A stretch of DNA of 64,000 nucleotides, from the IMG/VR virus record IMGVR_UViG_3300008255_000098; one strand, 5' to 3'. Under the pieces are notes generated by a model. It searched no databases. It was not told the DNA's origin and saw only the letters and a list, made by a program, of their open reading frames with translations. Each line of letters starts with the position of its first letter. Within the stretch, counting starts at the first letter, position 1. Shown piece after piece: positions 1 through 7,809 of this stretch. Made by a program: the position numbers and the translations under genes. Source of the stretch: a virus (taxonomy: Duplodnaviria; Caudoviricetes).

Positions 1-1
1 A

Positions 2-808
2 GCACACGGAATAAGTGATTTTCGACGTAACAAAAAAACTTTTGTGACGCTGTACCATATTGGCCCTCATCCTGCTAGGCCAAAACCATTTAGGCACACA
101 AACAGAAGTCTTTCACCCGCCGGAAAAAGGTCAGGGTGGAATAGACCATATTTGGATGAACCAGTTGTTGAAGGAGTGTTCTTGAGTGACAACTGGAAAC
201 CAGTATATGTCAACCATGGAGTACACGGCAATGTATATGCCTATAAGATACCATATAAAGCAATTGAAGCAGCTGGTGGAATACATGAATATGATTTTGC
301 CCGTGAGATAGTATTTTCAAAAGAAATCTGGGATAAATATAATTTATCGAGTGCTCTTGTTGGTAAAGTTTATAATAAGTCAGAAGCAGAAGAAGAAATA
401 TTGAGAAAGAAAGGAAAATTTGCTTTTATGGTCGGACATTCTACAGAATTCCCAACATCAGGCAGCGAATACGACAAAGAAAAACCAAAAGATGCCATGA
501 AACCAATATCTCTACCGACATTTATTAAACTTTTGAGGACGCCCGTCAGTAAGCAAATAGAAATTGCGAAATTGCTGTCTCCTACATCAGTAAAAAGAAT
601 ACGCTTTTCAATTGAAGAATATAAAATGAAGGCCGAAAACGCAAAGAAAGAGTGTCAAGAAAAGTTAAAACGAACATATAGTTCATTTGCTAATAAAACA
701 TCTTTTCTTAACTGGTCTGGGGTTTGTAAAAGAAGGTTAGAGGAAATTAAAAACGAAGTTGTTTTAGTTAATCAGCTGGAGCATTCATTAAAACAGACCG
801 AAAAATAA
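2..808 (+). CDS. 5'-truncated hypothetical protein with a possible ADP-ribosyltransferase-like (H-Y-E type) domain
   Basis: The frame is open from base 2 (AHGISDFRRNKKTFVTLYHIG...), so the gene starts outside the window. The motif order LYHIG...GVFLSD...VYAY...REIVF resembles the ART His / aromatic-Ser / Glu strands. The function call is weak. Confidence 0.45.
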   Translation, partial: AHGISDFRRNKKTFVTLYHIGPHPARPKPFRHTNRSLSPAGKRSGWNRPYLDEPVVEGVFLSDNWKPVYVNHGVHGNVYAYKIPYKAIEAAGGIHEYDFAREIVFSKEIWDKYNLSSALVGKVYNKSEAEEEILRKKGKFAFMVGHSTEFPTSGSEYDKEKPKDAMKPISLPTFIKLLRTPVSKQIEIAKLLSPTSVKRIRFSIEEYKMKAENAKKECQEKLKRTYSSFANKTSFLNWSGVCKRRLEEIKNEVVLVNQLEHSLKQTEK

Positions 809-850
809 TATTGCTTGTATATAACTGCTGACAATCTAGGACAGTTAGAT

Positions 851-1756
851 TTAATTTACCCACGTCGCCCTGACTCCAACAAGAACTCGAACTCTTGTTC
901 CAATAATTGGTAAATTTTCGTACCTTATAACTAGGGAAGGTCCTATTTGCCAGGCTTCTGTTTCATATAAATTCACGAACATGTTTTCTTCGATTAATAA
1001 TCCAGCAGTCTGCCAGGATATTATATTTACCCCCGAATAACTTCCTGGGTCTTCTTCCCCAGGAGGAACAATACAGTCGATTGTAGTGGGCTCTACAGAA
1101 CATGACAGCCTTGTTCCAGATAGGTCTACCCCTGCGTCTCCAAGTTTAACATTTTGATAACCAGAAATAAATAGCTCATTATGAATACGAAAATAATTTA
1201 CTAAAATTCTTGTGCCAATTTGAAATCCATACTGCGTTGTTGAAAGACCTGCGGGAGTTGAAATATCGAAATAAGACAATCCTAAATTTACGTCCACCCG
1301 CAAAACATCACGAACATGTTTTGTATAAGAAAACCCACCGAGCATTCTTGTTTCATGACCAACAAGATATTTTCTATATAAAAAATCTGAAATACCTACA
1401 GCTAATAAATGAAAATATCCAGAAGCATCTGTTATAAACAAACTATCCGCTGCCCCAAAAGATATTTCTTCGGATAGATTAAGTCTACTCATTGCCCAGC
1501 CTGTATCGAATGCAACGGAGGCAGAAAAGTTTGTGCCAGGAGATCTGTTTCTTAGTAGGAAATCTGCATCAAAATTTATACGAAAAAGCGGGAACGTTCT
1601 ATTTTCTTCCTCCTCAGGCTGTTCGACATTGTTTGTATTCGCTCTAGTAAAATCTTCAACATAGTCGGTATTGATATCTTGGGAGGTGTCTTGAGCATAC
1701 ACCAAGAACGGTCGAGAAAACAAAATTAAAAATACTAAAAAAGAAATTTTATTCAT
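851..1756 (-). CDS. Putative outer-membrane beta-barrel protein with signal peptide
   Basis: Sec signal MNKISFLVFLILFSRPFLVYA|Q, many alternating hydrophobic/polar strands, and a C-terminal strand RVRVLVGVRATWVN resembling a beta-signal. Confidence 0.6.
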   Translation of the reverse strand: MNKISFLVFLILFSRPFLVYAQDTSQDINTDYVEDFTRANTNNVEQPEEEENRTFPLFRINFDADFLLRNRSPGTNFSASVAFDTGWAMSRLNLSEEISFGAADSLFITDASGYFHLLAVGISDFLYRKYLVGHETRMLGGFSYTKHVRDVLRVDVNLGLSYFDISTPAGLSTTQYGFQIGTRILVNYFRIHNELFISGYQNVKLGDAGVDLSGTRLSCSVEPTTIDCIVPPGEEDPGSYSGVNIISWQTAGLLIEENMFVNLYETEAWQIGPSLVIRYENLPIIGTRVRVLVGVRATWVN

Positions 1757-1817
1757 CTATTTAGTCTTTATTTAATAATAAAAGTTGTATCTAAAAATTT
1801 AAAGACTATTTAAATAA

Positions 1818-2117
1818 ATGGAAACAGACATAAAAAATACTATAAGAGACCTTGTTAAAACCACTATTTCACGACTATTGGAAGAGAATAATATTGTTAG
1901 TCTTGACAGGTTTAAAAAAGAAAAAAGAGACAAAGAAGGCTATTACGGAGAAGTTCTTGTTTCAAAAGACGGAATGGTTACTTTAGACCCAAATGATTAT
2001 TACTTTATAAAACTAACTCACCGAGATCAAGCAGATGCAATAATAGATGGTAATATTGAATTGGCTGAGACCCTAGGAGCTATAAAAATTCCTTTGATAG
2101 GAAAAACTATAAAATAA
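1818..2117 (+). CDS. Hypothetical protein with Glu-motif leader
   Basis: 99-aa ORF; leader KNTIRDLVKTTISRLLEEN; CTATTTA motif at 1806-1812 just upstream. Confidence 0.75.
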   Translation: METDIKNTIRDLVKTTISRLLEENNIVSLDRFKKEKRDKEGYYGEVLVSKDGMVTLDPNDYYFIKLTHRDQADAIIDGNIELAETLGAIKIPLIGKTIK

Positions 2118-2223
2118 CTTAGTATTCCTGTAAGCCCGTTAGCATACATACCCCAAAATTGCTTCCATACTATCTTTTAAAAAGCTAACAACAAAACCAG
2201 CCGAAATATTAAAAGGAAATTAG

Positions 2224-2862
2224 ATGGAAAATGATAACTTTAACATGTTTACAGAAATAGAGAAAGATAATTTAGCAGACTCTATCAAAACTGATTTTTT
2301 TGACATCAGTAAAAAAGATAAACAGAACTTATTAAAATACAATATTGAAAAAAAAGAAATCATTTATCTAATTCCTAAAAAACCATTATTGTCTCCAGGG
2401 CAATTGCTTGGATGCAAAAATATTTTAGATAATGATGAAGAAAATTATTTTGCTAAAATAAATTCGGGAGAGTTGTCAGAAGGAGATTTAGAAATTAGTA
2501 CTCCTAATGTTGTATATGCTACAAACTTTTTTACAAGTAAAAAAGTTATGGAAACAACCCTAATGGTCGTTGGGGAGCGAATTGAAATATATAAAGTTTC
2601 TCGACATAAAATTGGAAAAACAGATTTTTCTGAACTAAAGAAAACTAGTGTAAACTACATAGTTTCACATTATATTGATGTAATTGACGGTGCTAGTAAA
2701 AAAGTTATTCAAACAAACATGTTTGAAAACACTTCTATGGTTTTTGGTACAAATTACACTACTGAAAAACTAGATATTGAATTTATAAAATATACATATT
2801 CAAACGCAAATATTGAAAAAATTATCAGTCCGTTACAAATACTTTCTACAGCTGTAAAATAA
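2224..2862 (+). CDS. Hypothetical protein
   Basis: 212-aa ORF with normal composition, co-oriented with neighbours; no motif recognised. Confidence 0.7.
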   Translation: MENDNFNMFTEIEKDNLADSIKTDFFDISKKDKQNLLKYNIEKKEIIYLIPKKPLLSPGQLLGCKNILDNDEENYFAKINSGELSEGDLEISTPNVVYATNFFTSKKVMETTLMVVGERIEIYKVSRHKIGKTDFSELKKTSVNYIVSHYIDVIDGASKKVIQTNMFENTSMVFGTNYTTEKLDIEFIKYTYSNANIEKIISPLQILSTAVK

Positions 2863-2908
2863 GTTTCAATTTACTAAGTCTTTTCCATATTTATTTGTTG
2901 GAGACTAT

Positions 2909-3718
2909 ATGAATATTAAAGATCGTTGGATGAAATTAGCTGGGATTACACCCAAAAGTCCTACAAAATCAAAACAAAATCTAAAAGAAGGTTTTGTTAA
3001 CCTTGGAATGGCTTCCCCAGGAATTATGGGTAACCCGTTTGGTCGTGGTGCAAAAAGCTTGGCAGAAGAACAAGAGCAAGATGAAGACCAAATCAAAACT
3101 AGAAAATACGGCGAAGATAAAGAGGAAGACATGGAAGTCAACGAATCACAACTCGCTGTAGACCCATTTGAAGGTCACCCGGAAAGAGGATATAACGGAC
3201 CCGATTATGACCCGAGCCAAAATCCAGAAATCCAAGCACTTCCGAGACAGATTGGTTCGCCGCTTGACGATGAGTTCTCGTTAGACAATTTTGATCCGGA
3301 AGAGGAAGGTTTATCTGAGCGACCTCCAAAATATTATAAAAAGTCAGACGATGAGGATTGGTACGGGTCAGACGATGAGGGTTGGTACGGACTAGAAGAC
3401 ATGTCTCCAGAAGAACGTGACGAACGTGAGAGAAGAGTATTTGGCGCAAGCAACAGTGCTGGTCGTAGAGGACACAGAGACGAAAGTCATAAGCCTGCTG
3501 GCAAAAAAAACCGACACCTAAAAGAAAGAGTTGAAAGTGCAGATGAGCTTCAACAAGAGTTGAAAAGATTAATTTATGAGGCAGACGACATATTTGGCCT
3601 TCTACTAGACGGAAAAACAAAGTACAATAGACAACTTTTAAAAGTAGGACGAGGATTTTTACGAAAATGCTCACGTGCTGTGTTAGACGCAACAAGTTCC
3701 TCGTTGAATAGGGAATAA
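2909..3718 (+). CDS. Acidic low-complexity protein, candidate head core/internal protein
   Basis: N-terminal RWMKLAGI, several L/V-x-E motifs (NLKEG, SLAEE, VNES, HLKER) and D/E-rich composition; ATATTTA at 2887-2893 upstream. Confidence 0.7.
   Translation: MNIKDRWMKLAGITPKSPTKSKQNLKEGFVNLGMASPGIMGNPFGRGAKSLAEEQEQDEDQIKTRKYGEDKEEDMEVNESQLAVDPFEGHPERGYNGPDYDPSQNPEIQALPRQIGSPLDDEFSLDNFDPEEEGLSERPPKYYKKSDDEDWYGSDDEGWYGLEDMSPEERDERERRVFGASNSAGRRGHRDESHKPAGKKNRHLKERVESADELQQELKRLIYEADDIFGLLLDGKTKYNRQLLKVGRGFLRKCSRAVLDATSSSLNRE
3343..3390 (+). repeat. 24-bp tandem duplication (2 copies, 1 mismatch) encoding SDDEDWYG/SDDEGWYG
   Basis: gtcagacgatgaggattggtacgg followed by gtcagacgatgagggttggtacgg. 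Confidence 0.9.
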
Positions 3719-3723
3719 TAGAA

Positions 3724-4308
3724 ATGAATTTTTCAAGCAATAGGTGGAAACAACTTGCTGGTGTCTTAAAGGAAGGTGGCAATAAGCGCATATCAGCTAT
3801 AGGGTCTGATGACAGTGTGGATGGTCCTTATACAGAAATTTCTCCTTTACAGCCTATGGAACAAGACACAAAGTGTCTGCAAGAAGGCGAAGGGGAATAC
3901 CCTGCTACTGCTAGTGAGTATGCTAAAAAATTAAATGCCGAGCATGATGGACTATCTAAATTAGTAAGCGACCAAGAACATTGGGAAAAAGTTGGCATAT
4001 ATTCCGGAGAAGACTTGGCTAGATATCTAGCTATTTCTTCTTACGTGGACACATACAAAGATTCTTATGGAATACGTCCAAGACACGTGAAGTTTAGTAA
4101 CTTATCAATTGGCCAAATTGTTGAACTAACAGACGATATTATGAAAGATGCGTTAGGGGAAGAAGAAGAAGTAGAAGAAGACGATTATGAAGATGAATAT
4201 CCTGTAGATTTCGACGATGCTGTTGGGGACAATGACCCGGCGCCTGGGGATGAATATTCTGCCCTAGAAAACGAAATGGATAGAAAACACCACGGTAGAT
4301 CTTTTTAA
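3724..4308 (+). CDS. Acidic protein with the same N-terminal RWxxLAG motif as the upstream gene
   Basis: N-terminus RWKQLAGVLKEGG, internal CLQEGE, acidic tail. Confidence 0.75.
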   Translation: MNFSSNRWKQLAGVLKEGGNKRISAIGSDDSVDGPYTEISPLQPMEQDTKCLQEGEGEYPATASEYAKKLNAEHDGLSKLVSDQEHWEKVGIYSGEDLARYLAISSYVDTYKDSYGIRPRHVKFSNLSIGQIVELTDDIMKDALGEEEEVEEDDYEDEYPVDFDDAVGDNDPAPGDEYSALENEMDRKHHGRSF

Positions 4309-4599
4309 AACCAGTCTGGCCCACTATGCTTTCCAACTAGCAATATGTGATTTATAATTTTGTAATATTTTTAATAGGTTGTAACAAAATCTTTTGATTT
4401 ACAACCATCCGGCGTTGCGGCTGCTGTGAAATTTTTAACTACAATTTCTTTTGGTAGATTGTTTCCTGTGCATTCAATAACGTCTTGACACTTATGCCTG
4501 CGACCATATCGTATGGTGTACCCCCTCGCATAGAGAAATTCCATGAGATACTAACCAAGAATAACCGGGTCAAGATCTACTACAAAAATATTAATTTTA

Positions 4600-4620
4600 C
4601 TTCTTCTTCTTCTTCTTCTT
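4600..4620. repeat. (CTT)7 microsatellite in intergenic DNA
   Basis: cttcttcttcttcttcttctt read directly from the sequence. Confidence 0.9.
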
Positions 4621-4712
4621 GTTTTTGTTATACCAAATGAGTATGAAAAAATAAAGAAATGAACTTTTATCCGAATTTTTTAAATCCGCTTGAACCAATA
4701 TCTATAGCGGGG

Positions 4713-4758
4713 TTTTGATAAGCCCTGGGGGGATTTTTAACCTCAGGGCTTATCAAAA
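4713..4758. terminator. Long inverted repeat, probable bidirectional intrinsic terminator
   Basis: TTTTGATAAGCCCTG...CAGGGCTTATCAAAA (15-bp perfect stem) lies between convergent genes and overlaps the stop codon of the actin-like gene. Confidence 0.6.
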
Positions 4759-5757
4759 AACTTGTGCAGCAATCAGGCAACCTTTGGCGACACTGTGTAG
4801 TGCATCAGCGGCATGACGCACTTCGCTTACCTCAAGCGGAAATTCATTTTCCGCTAATTTATCTTCAAACATTTTAACAAAGCCTTTTGCCTTTGAGGTA
4901 CCACCGGCAATTACTACTGGTAAAGGACTCACAAATTTAGGAAGATTTTTTCTTCCTTCTAAATGCACACAAAGCTGTTTAACCGTATAGTCAATTAACC
5001 TAGCATAATAAGAAGAAACTGCTGCCAAAACTGGATTTTCATTTGCTTCGCCAACAGTAAATTCTCCACCTTCTTTTTCTGCCTGGACAACAGAGTCTGG
5101 TTCCCCAGAAGCAACAGCTGACATTCTGTCAATCCAGTCACCAGATTTTGTCGTTGAAAATTTCAAAACTGGTTCACCGTTTAGCATCACGCACACATTC
5201 ACCATTCCGGCACCAAAAGAAAGAGTCACCCCCGTATAATCATCTTTTTCTAACTCGGCGTAACACAGTGCTTCGGCTTCATTTATTGCTCTAGCATCGT
5301 AACCTTGTTCAGATAATATTTTTGTTACTACGTCTTCGTGATATCCTATATCAAATTCTTCATCTTCTTGGTCAATTGGTTGTGCGGGTACACAAAAAAC
5401 AAGTTTTTCACCTGCTTTTTTCGCTTTTCCTACAACCTCTTTTAGGATATATGACAAAACTTTTCTAGCATCTTTCTCTTTTGCAGATACTACACCACGA
5501 TACATGGGACGTTTTGCGCTGTCATTTCTTTCAACTGCCTTCTCTAGTGCGTCACTTCCAAGAACTATAAATGAACCATTTTCTTCATCCTTAACAAAGA
5601 TTTTCCCCTTCAAACCCTTTTCAATCATTTTAGTTGCAATAGGGGTTGTTGGTTTTATTACATAAAATGCATCTCGGAAATCTTTATAAACAACATTTCC
5701 ATCTTTATTTTCACCAGCTAGCACTATAAACGATGTTCCGCAATCAAGACCTTTCAT
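4753..5757 (-). CDS. Actin-like ATPase (MreB/ParM/FtsA superfamily)
   Basis: Phosphate-1 GLDCGTS, connect-1 INEAEA, phosphate-2 variant SFGAGMVN, adenosine IAGGTS. Start re-set to ATG 5757, preceded by AGGAGG. Confidence 0.85.
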   Translation of the reverse strand: MKGLDCGTSFIVLAGENKDGNVVYKDFRDAFYVIKPTTPIATKMIEKGLKGKIFVKDEENGSFIVLGSDALEKAVERNDSAKRPMYRGVVSAKEKDARKVLSYILKEVVGKAKKAGEKLVFCVPAQPIDQEDEEFDIGYHEDVVTKILSEQGYDARAINEAEALCYAELEKDDYTGVTLSFGAGMVNVCVMLNGEPVLKFSTTKSGDWIDRMSAVASGEPDSVVQAEKEGGEFTVGEANENPVLAAVSSYYARLIDYTVKQLCVHLEGRKNLPKFVSPLPVVIAGGTSKAKGFVKMFEDKLAENEFPLEVSEVRHAADALHSVAKGCLIAAQVF

Positions 5758-5768
5758 ATATCCTCCTA

Positions 5769-5948
5769 GTGAACTGCTCACCTACGACAGCAAAAAAAGC
5801 CGATGGGCTGGGCTTCGGGGATCACAGGCTCATCTAAAATAAATGGTAAAAACGCCTCACCCCGTTTTGCTTTAAAAAAAACATAGGATTCAGTCCCAGA
5901 ATCCGACAATATATCTATACCTTGTTTTAAGAATATTTTTTGTTTCAT
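5769..5948 (-). mobile_element. IS200/IS605-family tnpB 3' remnant with right end / omegaRNA-like sequence
   Basis: Translates to ...LKQGIDILSDSGTES...KRGEAFLP...EPVIPEAQPIG (TnpB C-terminal tail type) and ends GAAGCCCAGCCCATCGGC...GTAGGTGAGCAGTTCAC. It abuts the RBS of the actin-like gene. Confidence 0.7.
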
Positions 5949-6072
5949 TTTACTTTTAGGTAATCTAAACTTTTAATGTTTCCATTCATTTTGAGAAATT
6001 TGCTTCGTTATGTCTAAAAAAATTACACACAAGGTTAGCGTTTGTCGCTTTTTACGCTCCTTTATAAATGTT

Positions 6073-6363
6073 TTATTTTCCTTGCTTTAGTTTCTTAAGT
6101 TTTGACACAGCGTCAGTGATGTCTGTTTCCGAAATAGTCTCTTCGCCAAGGCTGCCAAAATTTTTAGAAAAAGAAGTTGTTTTTATTTCAGTAACAAATT
6201 TACTTTCATCTATTTCAATATTTTTACGTTTATTTAATTTTTTGTATTTTTGTATATTGGTTTTGTCAAAATCTTGAAGAAAACTATTATAAACAAAGTT
6301 AGTTCTACCTAGGGTGTATCCTAATATAAAAAATACAAATCCTATTATTATTTCTATAAGCAT
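6073..6363 (-). CDS. Small N-terminally anchored membrane protein
   Basis: Hydrophobic segment IIIGFVFFILGYTLG followed by a charged soluble region. Confidence 0.65.
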   Translation of the reverse strand: MLIEIIIGFVFFILGYTLGRTNFVYNSFLQDFDKTNIQKYKKLNKRKNIEIDESKFVTEIKTTSFSKNFGSLGEETISETDITDAVSKLKKLKQGK

Positions 6364-6415
6364 ATTTTATTTTAACAAAAAACATAGTCTTTGGACAAAA
6401 GCACTATTTACTATC

Positions 6416-6850
6416 ATGCATCATAGTGATCCAATGAAATATACAATGGAACAACTTGTTAAAGCACTAACAGCTGAAGCTTTAGGGGAAGTTTCAAACA
6501 ACAATCTCATGTTGCAACAAGAATGCGCTTGTGAAGACAATGATGATAACGAAAATTTAGAAAACAATACTAAATGGGACCAAGTTGCACAGGCGTTGGT
6601 AGCAGAAATTAAAAATCAGTTTTCTGGCATAAGTGTTAGAGCAAACGGACCAGAAGCCGAAGAATGTATAGATAGTTTAGCTTCGCTTGTTAGTTTATAC
6701 TCTGAATATCCAATGGCATTTAAATTATTGTCCGCAGTTGAGAAAATAGCTTCCGACGAAACAGACTCACGAGTATTTGCTTCTTTAATAGTTCAGGCAA
6801 TGAATAGCGATGCGGCAGATGAGTGGAAAAGATATAACCAGCATAAGTAG
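6416..6850 (+). CDS. Hypothetical protein with Glu-motif leader
   Basis: Start re-set to ATG 6416 (or 6434), after CTATTTA at 6404-6410; leader MEQLVKALTAEALGEV. Confidence 0.65.
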   Translation: MHHSDPMKYTMEQLVKALTAEALGEVSNNNLMLQQECACEDNDDNENLENNTKWDQVAQALVAEIKNQFSGISVRANGPEAEECIDSLASLVSLYSEYPMAFKLLSAVEKIASDETDSRVFASLIVQAMNSDAADEWKRYNQHK

Positions 6851-6977
6851 AAGTCAGAATATGCAACGCAGGGCCAAGAGCCCACTATAGACGCCACAAT
6901 AAAATTAAGTCGAACTTTGGTACATTTCATTAGTGACAGGTCGCTAAAAATATTCTAAAATAACCACAGAGAAAAAT

Positions 6978-7808
6978 ATGGTCGATAGAGATAAACAACA
7001 AACAGACGAATTTAAAAAAGCAAACTCAAAAATTGTAACAGTTGGTGGAGAAAAAAAACTTCTATTAATGGACGATGATGAACCTAAAAATTCTGATGAG
7101 GAAATTGATTTACAGGAAATAATTGAAACTTTGGTCAGAGAAGCTTTGGAAGAAAACGAATTGTACAAGGATTATAATAAAAAAAAACTTTGTGAAGGAT
7201 ATATTGACGAAGCTGAATTCCCAAATGGTTTCAATATAGAAGAATTCAATAAAATTTCAAGTTTTAAAAATCGTGTCTCATATGCTAAAAAACATCTCCA
7301 GCGAGTTGCTGGTGGTTCTGGCAGAGTAGTCTTTGTAGTAGACCCAGAAACAGTTGTTAAAATTGCATTAAATAAAAAGGGCCAAGCTCAAAATAGTGCA
7401 GAATGGGACATTAGCAATATGGGGTATTCTGCTGTAACAAAGGTAAAAAATGCGGACACAGACAAATATTTGTATCTAGAAGTTGAACGAGCAAAAAAAC
7501 TCAACATGCGTGATTGGAAAAAAGTAACTGGTTGGAATTTTTATGACTGGATGGCTGTATTGAGAAATTACGTTGATGAACGTTTTAATAAAAAACGGGC
7601 TAGGAACATTGTTCCTGAAGACTTTGAAGAAATTGAAGAATCAGAACTTTTTTTAACCATTGTTCAAATGATTACAGATTTTAACATGCCAGCTGGTGAT
7701 ATACAGCGACCTTCCTCTTGGGGTATTGTTGAAAGAGACGGCGCAGAAACTCCTGTTTTAGTTGATTACGGATTGACTGGCGAAGTATATAAAAGCTACT
7801 ACAAATAG
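6978..7808 (+). CDS. Atypical protein-kinase-like fold protein
   Basis: Gly loop AGGSGRVVF, VVKIA Lys, QNSAE alphaC Glu, catalytic-loop variant GDIQRPSSWG, LVDYGL. Acidic leader containing LQEIIETLVREALEEN. Confidence 0.7.
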   Translation: MVDRDKQQTDEFKKANSKIVTVGGEKKLLLMDDDEPKNSDEEIDLQEIIETLVREALEENELYKDYNKKKLCEGYIDEAEFPNGFNIEEFNKISSFKNRVSYAKKHLQRVAGGSGRVVFVVDPETVVKIALNKKGQAQNSAEWDISNMGYSAVTKVKNADTDKYLYLEVERAKKLNMRDWKKVTGWNFYDWMAVLRNYVDERFNKKRARNIVPEDFEEIEESELFLTIVQMITDFNMPAGDIQRPSSWGIVERDGAETPVLVDYGLTGEVYKSYYK

Positions 7809-7809
7809 T

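Noticed and set aside
4371-4680. 57-aa minus-strand ORF (4371-4544) that TAG read-through at 4551-4553 would extend, suggesting stop-codon reassignment
   Set aside because: The extended frame has no start codon and runs through the microsatellite. TAG terminates clear genes (6850, 7808, 14893, 24788), and long genes need no read-through. The standard code is retained.
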